Below are positions 39,501 through 46,949 of a DNA stretch of 64,000 nt, piece by piece. This DNA is from Candidatus Avigastranaerophilus sp. GTDB lineage: Bacteria; Muiribacteriota; Ozemobacteria; Ozemobacterales; Ozemobacteraceae. The stretch lies in the NCBI GenBank assembly GCA_045599645.1, contig JAZRWI010000089.1:33657-97656 (forward strand), read 5' to 3'. The notes under the pieces are model-generated. The model did not search any database. It had not been told where the DNA came from and saw only the letters and a list, made by a program, of their open reading frames with translations. A program made the position numbers and the translations under genes. Each line of letters begins with the position of its first letter. Position 1 is the stretch's first letter.

Positions 39501-42500
39501 AAATCTACTGGCGGCTACAGCAACGCTTTTGGTCATAATAATATTGCTTCAGGTCTTTATAGCAGCGTATTTGGTAATGAAAGCCAGTCTATTGCTAATG
39601 GTAGTCTTGCTCTTGGTTATCAGGCTGTTGCAAAGGATGCTAATACTGTTTCCTTTGGTCATGCTGCAGAAGATTTGAATGTCAGTGGCACAGCCTATGG
39701 CACAGATAAGTATAGCAAGCTTGTTTATGTTGCTTCAGGTTCTGTAAATACAGACGCTGTAAACTACGGCCAGATAAAGAGCAGCTTTGCTTCAGCAACC
39801 TATAATGCTGCTGACAACAAGCTTGTTTTGAAGGCTGTAGATGGCACTACCAGTGAGCTCACTATAACAAGTGAAGCTGTAGGCGATGACTTGACTTTGA
39901 TCAAGAATTCCCTCGGCCTGCTTACTGCTAATCCAAACACCATCAACAGCAGCGGTTCAATCGCTATCGGTTCAAAGAACATTTCAGGTACTACAGACAA
40001 TCTTTCAATTGCAATGGGTTTCCAGAATACATCTAATGGCTCTGCTAGCATGGCAATAGGTTCTAATAACTCTGCTATAGCTATGAACTCTTCTGCTGTC
40101 GGCTCATTGAATAAGGCTAATAATCCTTACAGCGCTGCTATGGGTTATAACAATACAGCCGAAGGCACTTATGCTAATGCATTTGGTGTTAACAATACTG
40201 CGAAAGGCCTCAATACTTCGGTTTATGGCTATAATAATACTGTTGAAGGCAGCTTCAGTATGGCTTTTGGTCTGGATAATACTGTTGAAAATACAAATAA
40301 TACGGCATTTGGTTTAAGCAATACCTCTAATGGCAATTATAGTAATGCTTTCGGTTACAACAATGAATCAACAGCCAAGCATTCTAATGCTATTGGTGCT
40401 TACAATGTAGCATCTGCTGAATACAGCCTTGCTTACGGTTATCATAACCTTGCATACAATAAAAGCTCAAGCGCATTTGGTAATGGAAATACTGCAAGGG
40501 GAGATTCTTCCGTTGCTTTCGGTCTTGGCAATAGTACCTTTGCTGTAAATGCCAGTGCCTTGGGTGCAGGCAACAATGCCTATGGACTTATGTCCAGTGC
40601 TATTGGTGTTGTAAACGAAGCCAGCGGAGATTACTCCAATGCTTATGGTGTCAGTAACTATGCTTTGGCAGAAGGCGCCAGCGCATTCGGTTATGTAAAT
40701 GCTGCCTATGGTTTATTTAGTAATGCAATAGGTGCTGAAAACCAGGCATTCGGCAATTTCAGCACAGCCATAGGTTATCAGGCTGTTGCATATGATGATA
40801 ACACAATTTCCTTCGGCCACAGTAAAGGCGATTTGGATCTTGAAGGTAATCCTTATAGCACTGATAGATACAGCAAGCTTGTTTATGTAGCTTCAGGTTC
40901 TGCAAATACCGATGCTGTAAACTACGGCCAGATAAAAGTTGCCAGAGACGGTAAGTATGTTGTAGCAACAGAAACCTTAAGCAATAACATTCTTTCTATT
41001 GATAATGCCATTAATGGAATGAGTACTTACGTAACAGCTTCTGGTCTTAATGCTGCCAGCCAAAAGATTGTTAATGTTGCTGACGGTGTAGATGCCAATG
41101 ATGCTGTAAATGTTAAGCAGATAAGTCTTACCAGTGACGGTATTCATGTAGCAAAAGCCAGTTCTTTGAGCAGTAATATGCTTTCTCTAGATTCTGCTAT
41201 TGGCGATATGAGCAGTTTCAGCACCAGCAACTATTTTGCTAAGAGCTCAAATGTTGCAGACAATATTAAGAGTCTTGATACTGCGATTGGTGATATGAGC
41301 GGCTTCAGCACCAGCAACTATTTTGCCAAGAGTAATACCAGTGTTGCAACCAACCTGAAGAATCTTGATACAGCTATTGGTGAACATACTGCTAGTAGCG
41401 CCGTTCATATAACTTCTGCTGAAAGAGACGCCTGGAATGCTAAGCAGACTGCTCTGAATGCTGACCAGACATTGGCAGTCAATTCCGGTATTACTGCTGA
41501 CATGGTAACAAGGTATAACTCTTATATTACCGCTTCAGGCTTCAATGCAAACAGCAATAAGATCATAAATGTTTCTGCCGGCACATCAGATACGGATGCA
41601 GTTAACTACAGCCAGATAAAGAATGCTTATGTTGGCGTCGCTTACGCTTCAGCAACAAATAAGCTTACTCTGACCAAGGTTAATGGCGAAACAAGTGAAA
41701 TTGAAATTTCCAGTGGAAGCGATGAAGACCTTGCAAGAAAGGTTGAACAGAATAAGCAGGATATCAGCAATAACACTGCAGCTATCAATACCAATACGGA
41801 TAACATCAATAAAAACAAGACCAGTATTGCCAAGAATTCTGATGATATCAAGGCTAATGCTGATAATATCAACAAAAATAAGACCAGTATTGCCAAGAAT
41901 TCTGATGACATCAAGGCCAATGCAGATAACATCAACAAGAACAAAACCAGTATTGCCAAGAATTCTGATGATATCAAGGCCAATGCAGATAACATCAACA
42001 AGAACAAGACTAGTATTGCCAAGAATACTGAAGCTATAAACGCTAATGCCGCAAATATCAGCAAGAACACAACCAATATCAACGCAAATGCTGTTGATAT
42101 TACTAAGATAAAATCAGATCTCGGTATGGTCTCAACCAAGCCGCAGAATCAATCTGATGGTAATGGGTGCATCACTATTGGTTCCGGCAACATTGCCAGT
42201 GGTTCCGGCGCTGTTACCATGGCTATTGGTAGTGACAACAAGGTTTCTGGAGCTAATTCCATAGCTATTGGCTACGGCCACATAATAAACGGCAGCAATT
42301 CTGGCGCCTTTGGTGACCCGACAGACATTGAAGCTGATAATGCCTATGCTATCGGTAACAGCAATAATATCAGCGGTAATGGCAGCTTTATTATTGGTAA
42401 TAACAGCAATATCAGCGGCGCAGGTAGTTTTGTCATGGGCACAAATAGTAAGGTAACTAATGATAGCAGCTTTGTTGTTGGAAGCAATAGCACTGTAAGC

Positions 42501-43298
42501 GGCAAGAACTCAATTGCCATGGGCAGCAATGCCGTTGTTGAACACAATAATGCTGTAGCTCTTGGTGAAGGCTCAAAGACCTATGCAGATAACAGTGTTT
42601 CTGTTGGCACCAAGGAAAAGCAGCGTGTTATCCAGAATGTTGCATCAGGCACTATGGATACAGATGCTGTAAACTACGGCCAGATGAGGGATTATGTTGC
42701 TAATAACAGTACTGGTGCTGCGGATATGAACCAGATTAACAAGAACTTTAACAGACTTGATAACAAGATTAACAGCGTCGGTGCTGGTGCAGCAGCTCTT
42801 GCCAGTCTCAGACCTATTGACAGTGACAAGGATGTTAAGTGGAGCGGCGGTATTGGCTATGGTAATCTCCATGGCAAGTCTGCTGCAGCTGTTGGCGTAT
42901 TCTACAGACCGTCACCTGATGTTGTCTACAGTATTGGCGCCAACGCCGGCGGAGAAGATAACATGGTTAATGCCTCTATCAACTTCGCCTTCGGCCATGT
43001 AGACAGAAAGAAAAATAATCAGACTCAGACTGTTTATAACATCGTTACCCAGAGCAACGAAGAAAATGAAGAAAGGTTTGATTACCTTACAAATGAAAAT
43101 GCGGAATTAAAGGCAAAGGTATCAGAACAGGATTTGAGAATAAAACGTCTGGAACGCCTTATTATAAAGATGTCTGAAAACCAGAAAAATGATGATGATG
43201 ACGACGAAGAAGCCAGACCGTCTGAACGCATACCGCAGAAGCCGTCATGGCCAGCTATAAAATGCTCAGATGGTAAGGCTATGGTGCCGAATATTTAA
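33576..43298 (+). CDS. Second giant trimeric autotransporter adhesin
   Basis: 3240 aa with an AAGGAAG RBS and the signal peptide ..IVAITVALSVFLQTTTVSFA. It has the same head-repeat architecture, with neck junctions at about nt 39640 and 40800. A stalk contains 63-bp tandem repeats. The YadA-type anchor lies at nt 42762-42998 and is followed by a 99-aa tail. Confidence 0.93.
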   Translation: MLCKRKREFNQKFCFKRDLKSRIVAITVALSVFLQTTTVSFAAAPTINNGSGIDSTEAGVDNIAFGDYSSSFGYMNVATGSNSSAFGYKNFSDGSGSVALGFSNLAAGYSAIAVGSGNVVEGYNGTAFGFGNKSLDVYSNAVGASNIAKGEEASAFGFTNQANGGGSNAFGSNNIANGDYSNVFGDSNTADGKESNAIGYNNNATGNNSIAIGSGNTTSLDSSIAVGVSNAASANYASAFGFSNYAKASGSNAFGKGNIASGTFSNAFGVENKAIGNNSSAFGSNNEAVGEKSLAVGYENHSNGLYNSALGYQNYSNGDNSLVAGYGNKANGKNSYVIGFQNIADGETDIALGSFNEVYATDTYVFGSYNYVEEGNNNVALGEYNDILYGENNTLVGHYNSAADGDDNVAVGSNNRTKGNNNIAIGNMNNAVDNSIAIGYQNNYKGYNSSTHRHEFYTPGANSTSVGYKNVATGTNSNAFGYANISTGDNSSAFGNQNTASGSYSSTFGYNNAADGTFSSAIGVGNIALGTEAFAFGSGNDAIGYMSTAMGHHNEVPASYGIAIGYMNKSRDEYGVAIGVYNEANGNISNAIGGYNRAYGELSSAFGRDNVASAANANAFGRNNNAMGENSSAFGYNNTATDSNSSAFGYNNTANGINSSALGSSNTVNGQESTVIGYWSKVTGNASTVVGRASNVTGNNSNAFGYYNVVTASLSSAIGSSNVAKGYISNAVGWSNNANEEGGQAFGGYNTADGNRSSAFGYWNIATGSQSNAFGYYNKVNNNNSNAFGNGNNIYSSSSNAFGRANTASGSYSNAFGSENKTYGSNSNAVGHSNESIGSKSSAFGYDNTATGSNSSAFGYANKAEGSNSNAFGNQNTAGGIYSVAVGYNNSAMNEKSIAFGYGSIASAAYTTAIGYQNKAMDFGSVAIGSGNESYNNHTITMGKNNIATGGVAVGSDNKIIGAIAFGSGNTATGTSGSAIGYNNIAIGERGTAVGYVNKATAGWTTAVGYQNEANGFTSSAFGYKSIANGDYSSAIGKENQALGNSSSAFGNSNTASGSFSNAFGYNNIASASDTNAFGEGNKALGSYSSAFGRSNTSSGSSSTAFGVDNKASAANSHSYGGSNQALGENSNAFGFTNQATGLNSSAFGKENKAIDNNTSAFGLCSVASGTGSNAFGFYDVASGSDSNAFGKSNNALGNSSNAFGGGNTASGGNSSSFGVGNTSSGSDSSAFGFRNQATALNSSAFGKENKAIGLYTSAFGYSNTASGTFGNAFGYGNIASGSDSNAFGKENKALAENSSAFGKGNTASGGSSNAVGSGNQALEGNSNAYGTNNKAKIEYSSAFGCSNTADGKFGNAFGYLNSASGFDSNAFGKENRALSTNSSAYGKGNVASGTSSNAFGLTNVASGDNSNAVGGSNYALYGGGNAFGSGNYASSTNANAFGRDNKVYSPYTDAFGSGNVASGSFANAYGYNNIASGVDSNAFGKDNKALESNSSAYGRSNTAEGIYSNAFGYGNTASGSSSSAVGRENYVVGTESSAFGSGNKAYNSFSSAFGQNNLATGSYTSAFGCQNVASGAKAVAMGIKNVSDGENNVSVGNNNKANNYNSNALGIDNTSSGNKSNAVGVANISTRSESSAFGNNNKAYADYSSAFGHNNTASATYSSAFGHDNTASGSNSSAFGYSNMAASNNSSAFGGKNQATGLNSSAFGLNNIASENYSSSFGQGNSALAGSSSAFGRGNIASGFDSSAFGRENKTMGSDSSAFGRSNTASGSKSVAFGYGNTASGASSIAIGSGNVANDSDGSAFGYNNISTGNNSSAFGYSNNVSGIQSSAFGASNKVTGGLSNAFGYGNIASDTYTSAYGYMNAVEGNNSSAFGYRNTASKATAIGISNISQGGSAALGSNNIATGSSSIAVGLNNKSLAQNTSTFGSDNIVTGNIGNAIGSSNKVSGSSGNSFGSSNEVTSSWSNAFGSKNKSTGGYSNAFGHNNIASGLYSSVFGNESQSIANGSLALGYQAVAKDANTVSFGHAAEDLNVSGTAYGTDKYSKLVYVASGSVNTDAVNYGQIKSSFASATYNAADNKLVLKAVDGTTSELTITSEAVGDDLTLIKNSLGLLTANPNTINSSGSIAIGSKNISGTTDNLSIAMGFQNTSNGSASMAIGSNNSAIAMNSSAVGSLNKANNPYSAAMGYNNTAEGTYANAFGVNNTAKGLNTSVYGYNNTVEGSFSMAFGLDNTVENTNNTAFGLSNTSNGNYSNAFGYNNESTAKHSNAIGAYNVASAEYSLAYGYHNLAYNKSSSAFGNGNTARGDSSVAFGLGNSTFAVNASALGAGNNAYGLMSSAIGVVNEASGDYSNAYGVSNYALAEGASAFGYVNAAYGLFSNAIGAENQAFGNFSTAIGYQAVAYDDNTISFGHSKGDLDLEGNPYSTDRYSKLVYVASGSANTDAVNYGQIKVARDGKYVVATETLSNNILSIDNAINGMSTYVTASGLNAASQKIVNVADGVDANDAVNVKQISLTSDGIHVAKASSLSSNMLSLDSAIGDMSSFSTSNYFAKSSNVADNIKSLDTAIGDMSGFSTSNYFAKSNTSVATNLKNLDTAIGEHTASSAVHITSAERDAWNAKQTALNADQTLAVNSGITADMVTRYNSYITASGFNANSNKIINVSAGTSDTDAVNYSQIKNAYVGVAYASATNKLTLTKVNGETSEIEISSGSDEDLARKVEQNKQDISNNTAAINTNTDNINKNKTSIAKNSDDIKANADNINKNKTSIAKNSDDIKANADNINKNKTSIAKNSDDIKANADNINKNKTSIAKNTEAINANAANISKNTTNINANAVDITKIKSDLGMVSTKPQNQSDGNGCITIGSGNIASGSGAVTMAIGSDNKVSGANSIAIGYGHIINGSNSGAFGDPTDIEADNAYAIGNSNNISGNGSFIIGNNSNISGAGSFVMGTNSKVTNDSSFVVGSNSTVSGKNSIAMGSNAVVEHNNAVALGEGSKTYADNSVSVGTKEKQRVIQNVASGTMDTDAVNYGQMRDYVANNSTGAADMNQINKNFNRLDNKINSVGAGAAALASLRPIDSDKDVKWSGGIGYGNLHGKSAAAVGVFYRPSPDVVYSIGANAGGEDNMVNASINFAFGHVDRKKNNQTQTVYNIVTQSNEENEERFDYLTNENAELKAKVSEQDLRIKRLERLIIKMSENQKNDDDDDEEARPSERIPQKPSWPAIKCSDGKAMVPNI
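41799..42030 (+). repeat. In-frame 63-bp tandem repeat (about 3.5 copies) in the stalk of adhesin 2
   Basis: Copies start at 41799, 41862, 41925 and 41988. Each encodes DNINKNKTSIAKNSDDIKANA. Confidence 0.9.
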
Positions 43299-43348
43299 TT
43301 CATAATTCATAATTCATAATTCATAATTCATAATGCATAATGCATAAT
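43296..43348. repeat. Heptamer array TAATTCA/TAATGCA beginning at the stop codon of adhesin 2
   Basis: (TAATTCA)x5 followed by (TAATGCA)x2, starting with the TAA stop at 43296-43298. Confidence 0.9.
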
Positions 43349-43376
43349 TGATTGTTGATTGATTGGGTTTGGTGTT

Positions 43377-43585
43377 GCTTCGACCAAGTTTGTGCCAATG
43401 CCTGGATTGAGAATTGAAAATTGAGAATTGAGAATTTTTTGTTTTTTTGCTGCTTCGACCAAGTTTGTGCCAATGCCTGGATTGAGAATTGAAAATTGAG
43501 AATTGAGAATTTTTTGTTTTTCTGCTGCTTCGACCAAGTTTGTGCCAATGCCTGGATTGGGTATTGAGAATTGAGAATTTTTGGG
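43377..43585. repeat. 75-bp tandem repeat x3, each containing nested GAGAATT heptamers
   Basis: GCTTCGACCAAGTTTGTGCCAATGCCTGGATTGAGAATTGAAAATTGAGAATTGAGAATTTTTTG.. starts at 43377, 43452 and 43527. Track ORFs 43321..43686(-) and 43328..43624(-) are repeat artefacts. Confidence 0.9.
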
Positions 43586-43664
43586 TTTAGTGCTGTTGAC
43601 GCGCCCTGCGAGGCCTTCCTCCAATTGGGGGAAGGTGGCACAGCGAAGCTGTGACGGATGAGGG

Positions 43665-44455
43665 CTATAGAATCACCCCTATACATCCACTGCTATAAAA
43701 TAGGTCTTAGGTCTTAGGTCTTAGGTCTTAGGTCTTAGGTCTTAGGTCTTAGGTCTTAGGTCTTAGGTCTTAGGTTTTAGGGTTCTGGCTTTTCTCGGCG
43801 GTAAGCTGGTGGTCGATAGCTGATGGCTGCTCTTTCTCGGCCAACAGCCAAAACCTAACAGCGTATAAAATCATCCTTATACATCCACTGCTATAGAATA
43901 TATCTGGCTTTCTAGCTTCTAGCTTCTGGCTTTCTGGCTTCTAGCTTCTAGCTTCTAGCTTCTGGCTTTCTGGCTTCTAGCTTCTAGCTTCTAGCTTCTA
44001 GCTTCTAGCTTCTGGCTTTCTAGCTTCTAGCTTCTAGCTTCTAGCTTCTGGCTTTCTAGCTTCTAGCTTCTAGCTTCTAGCTTCTAGCTTCTGGCTTTCT
44101 AGCTTCTAGCTTCTAGCTTCTGGCTTTCTGTCTTCTAGCTTCTAGCTTCTAGCTTCTAGCTTCTAGCTTCTAGCTTCTGGCTTTCTGTCTTCTGGCTTTC
44201 TGTCTTCTGGCTTTCTGTCTTCTGGCTTTCTGACTTCTAGCTTCTGGCTTTCTAGCTTCTGGCTTTCTGGCTTCTGGCTTCTGGCTTCTGGCTTTCTGGC
44301 TTTCTGGCTTCTAGCTTCTAGCTTCTGGCTTTCTGGCTTCTAGCTTCTAGCTTCTAGCTTCTGGCTTTCTAGCTTCTGGCTTTCTAGCTTCTAGCTTCTA
44401 GCTTCTAGCTTCTAGCTTCTAGCTTCTGGCTTTCTGACTTCTAGCTTTCGACTCG
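43665..44455. repeat. Composite element of a second family: 39-bp motif, (GGTCTTA)n array, about 120-bp core, 39-bp motif, about 545-bp array of AGCTTCT/GGCTTTCT units
   Basis: The motif CTATAGAATCACCCCTATACATCCACTGCTATAAAATAG at 43665-43703 recurs at 43863-43901. The GGTCTTA array lies at 43702-43785. The core at 43786-43904 contains CTTTCTCGGCCAACAGCCAAAACC and CCTTATAC, as in the 18-kb cores. The long array at 43905-44448 ends at the -35 box of the glycosyltransferase gene. Confidence 0.95.
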
Positions 44456-44474
44456 CGGCTTGCTGTGCTATAAT
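44447..44474 (+). promoter_or_regulatory. Putative sigma70-type promoter with extended -10, positioned for a leaderless transcript
   Basis: TTCGAC (44447-44452), a 16-nt spacer, then TGcTATAAT (44466-44474). ATG 44481 lies 7 nt after the -10 element. Confidence 0.4.
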
Positions 44475-46949
44475 CTAGGTATGTTAATAGCTAATTTATC
44501 TAGTTCAGTATTGCCTTCACAGAAGGCTAACAGTGTTCAGGTCATGCGTATGAGTGACGCCTTTACCAGATTGGGTCACTCTGTTATTCTTTTTGGCAGA
44601 ATGCCTGATAATGCTGCTGAAAGACTGAATAATACTGCCATAAGAAAATATTACGGCACAAAGGCTGATTTTGATATAAGGCTTGTGCATTGCAGGTTGA
44701 AGGCCAGGTTTTGGTCTGGCTTGGAATACGGTTTTAAAACTTTTTTGTCAGTTTTAAAATTACAAAATATGTCGTTTAAAAAATTACAAACTTCTCGAAA
44801 TTCTTTTTGGGGGCAGCAAGGTGTGTCATTTAAAAAATTACAATCTCCCCAAGGTTTTTTCTGGGTTTGTCGAAATATGTCATTTAAAAAATTACAGTTA
44901 TTTCGAGGTTTATTTGATTTGTTTTATGGGCGCAATCTGTATGCTCTGATGTTTTGTAATTTTTTTAATAAACCAATAATTTATGAAAGTCATGCTTCGC
45001 CATCATGTGGTCGCAAAAAACTTGAAGAATACTTGTTTAACCAGTCGAATTTTGCCGGCCTGGTGGTAATAAACGAAGCTTTGCATGACTACTATAAAGA
45101 AAACTTTAAGATATTCAGAGATTGCCCTGAAAAGCTAATGGTCTGCCCTGATGGCGGTGAAGAAGCTATTGCCAGAGTAGTTGGAGTGGCTAAAAATCCG
45201 GGTAACCACCCTACTGCTGGCTATGCTGGAAGTCTGTATCCTGGTAAAGGCATAGAAATGATTGCAAAGCTGGCTGAAGCAAGACCTGGTGTAAATTTCG
45301 TTGTTGCGGGTGGCACTGCTGAGCAGGTTGGTCTGATGAAACAAAAATGGCCTTTTATAGACTTACAGTTTAAGGGATTTGTAAAACCATCGGAGCTGGC
45401 TAGCTTTTACAATGAATGTGATATTCTGCTGGCGCCCTATCAGCAACAGGTTTACTCAGATGATAATGAAAAGCGTGATTTGTCTAAGTGGATGTCTCCG
45501 TTAAAGATCTTTGAATACATGGGAACCGGGAAGGCGATGATTGTCTCGGATTTGCCGTGCTTCAATGGTATTTTGCGCGATGAGTCAAATGCTTTGCTTG
45601 TTCGCTGTGATGATACTGCCAAATGGCTTGAAGCTATTGATAAACTTATTGCAAACAAAGACTTGTGCAAAAGTCTGAGTAATAAGGCCTATGCTGATTT
45701 ACAAAGCCAATATACCTGGAAGGCCAGGGCTGAAAGAATTATTGCAGGTTTGTATGCTAAGCACATTGAGACCTCAATAGCTTCTTTGCAAAGTGGCAAA
45801 CCAGTAATTTTGCATATCGTGGGTGACCTCAATGTTGGCGGAGCCGAAAGAACGATGCTTAACCTGCTGCCTTTGCTTAATAAAGGCGATTATGAGCATC
45901 GCATACTGACTTTGTTTGAAGAGGGCGCTCTGGCTGATGATTTCAGAAAAGCTGGTATAAACGTAGAAACATTAGGCTTCTCAAAAAGATTTACAGCCTT
46001 TTTGAACCCTTCTAACCTGATAAGGCTGATAAATACAATTAAAGCCCGAAAGCCGCGGCTTATCCAGACCTGGATGTATCATTCCAATAATCTTGTAAAT
46101 GCCTTGCATTGCTTCTTCAAAGAAATACCTGTTGTGAATAATATCCGTCACAATGACCCGAACGCGGGAACGCTTAAAACCTATGCTTCTGCCGTTGCGG
46201 GAGCGATGCCTGCTTGGATGGCGCCAAAAGCTGTTGTGTGCTGCTCTGAGGTGGCAAAAAAGAATCATATTGCCATTGGTTACCCGAAGGATAAGATGGC
46301 TGTGATTCCTAATGGCTTCGTTGTGAAAGGCTTATCAAAGGAAGAAGCCAGGAAAAGCTGTGTGGAAGCTCTGGCTGTGCCGGCTGAAAACAAGCTTGTG
46401 ATTGTTGCTGGCAGATATTGCAGCGAAAAGGATTTTCCGAATTTTGCGGCTGCAGCGTGTTTGATTTTGAAGAATCGTTCCGATGTAACCTTTTTGTTGT
46501 GCGGCAAAGGTTTGGAAGAATCTAATGCTGAGCTTGTTAAGCTACTTGAAAATAACAATGCAAAAGATAATTGCATGCTGCTGGGCCACAGAAACAATAT
46601 AGAAACATTTATGGCGGCCGCTGATTTGCTTGTTTCTGCTTCTGCTTCAGAGGCTTTTCCGAATGTTATTGCTGAGGCAATGTCGGTAGGCACTCCATGT
46701 GTCGGGACTGATGTTGGGGAAACCAGGGCGATAATTGGTGCTGCTGGTCTGGTTGTTCCAGCCAAGAATCCGCAAGCGCTTGCTGACGCTGTTTTGTCTA
46801 TGCTTTCAAATGCTGAAGCATACAATGATTTTGCTTCTAGAACAAAAGCTCATATTGCTGTCAATTACTCGCTGGAAGCCACAGCTAAGCGATATTCTGA
46901 ATTATGGCAACGGATAACAGGATTTATGCGGATAGAGCAGGGCAAATAA
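44460..46949 (+). CDS. Fused double GT4-family glycosyltransferase
   Basis: 829-aa ORF. The likely start is ATG 44481 (MLIANLSS..KANSVQVMRMSDAFTRLGHSV). There are two GT-B/GT4 modules (about aa 8-430 and 445-829), the second with ILHIVGDLNVGGAERT and an E..FPNVIAEAMSVGTPCV motif. The last 13 codons lie inside a repeat element. Confidence 0.85.
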   Translation: MLCYNLGMLIANLSSSVLPSQKANSVQVMRMSDAFTRLGHSVILFGRMPDNAAERLNNTAIRKYYGTKADFDIRLVHCRLKARFWSGLEYGFKTFLSVLKLQNMSFKKLQTSRNSFWGQQGVSFKKLQSPQGFFWVCRNMSFKKLQLFRGLFDLFYGRNLYALMFCNFFNKPIIYESHASPSCGRKKLEEYLFNQSNFAGLVVINEALHDYYKENFKIFRDCPEKLMVCPDGGEEAIARVVGVAKNPGNHPTAGYAGSLYPGKGIEMIAKLAEARPGVNFVVAGGTAEQVGLMKQKWPFIDLQFKGFVKPSELASFYNECDILLAPYQQQVYSDDNEKRDLSKWMSPLKIFEYMGTGKAMIVSDLPCFNGILRDESNALLVRCDDTAKWLEAIDKLIANKDLCKSLSNKAYADLQSQYTWKARAERIIAGLYAKHIETSIASLQSGKPVILHIVGDLNVGGAERTMLNLLPLLNKGDYEHRILTLFEEGALADDFRKAGINVETLGFSKRFTAFLNPSNLIRLINTIKARKPRLIQTWMYHSNNLVNALHCFFKEIPVVNNIRHNDPNAGTLKTYASAVAGAMPAWMAPKAVVCCSEVAKKNHIAIGYPKDKMAVIPNGFVVKGLSKEEARKSCVEALAVPAENKLVIVAGRYCSEKDFPNFAAAACLILKNRSDVTFLLCGKGLEESNAELVKLLENNNAKDNCMLLGHRNNIETFMAAADLLVSASASEAFPNVIAEAMSVGTPCVGTDVGETRAIIGAAGLVVPAKNPQALADAVLSMLSNAEAYNDFASRTKAHIAVNYSLEATAKRYSELWQRITGFMRIEQGK
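44748..44900 (+). repeat. In-frame 54-bp tandem repeat (about 3 copies) inside the first GT4 module
   Basis: Copies start at 44769, 44823 and 44877 ((A/G)TGTC(G/A)TTTAAAAAATTACA(A/G)). A partial copy lies at 44748. The encoded peptide is (M/V)SFKKLQ + 11 aa. Confidence 0.9.

Noticed and set aside
19789-43002. Dozens of 60-190-aa ORFs on both strands inside the two adhesin genes, for example 21349..21738(-), 28064..28630(+), 28792..29343(-), 30898..31413(-), 33978..34478(-) and 41642..42139(-).
   Set aside because: They are alternative-frame and antisense shadows of a highly repetitive, codon-biased coding sequence. Their low-complexity Leu/Val/Cys/Ile-rich translations mirror the repeat period and none has an independent start context.
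43321-43686. ORFs 43321..43686(-) and 43328..43624(-), which contain internally repeated peptides.
   Set aside because: They are translations of the 75-bp tandem repeat and have no RBS or plausible protein features.
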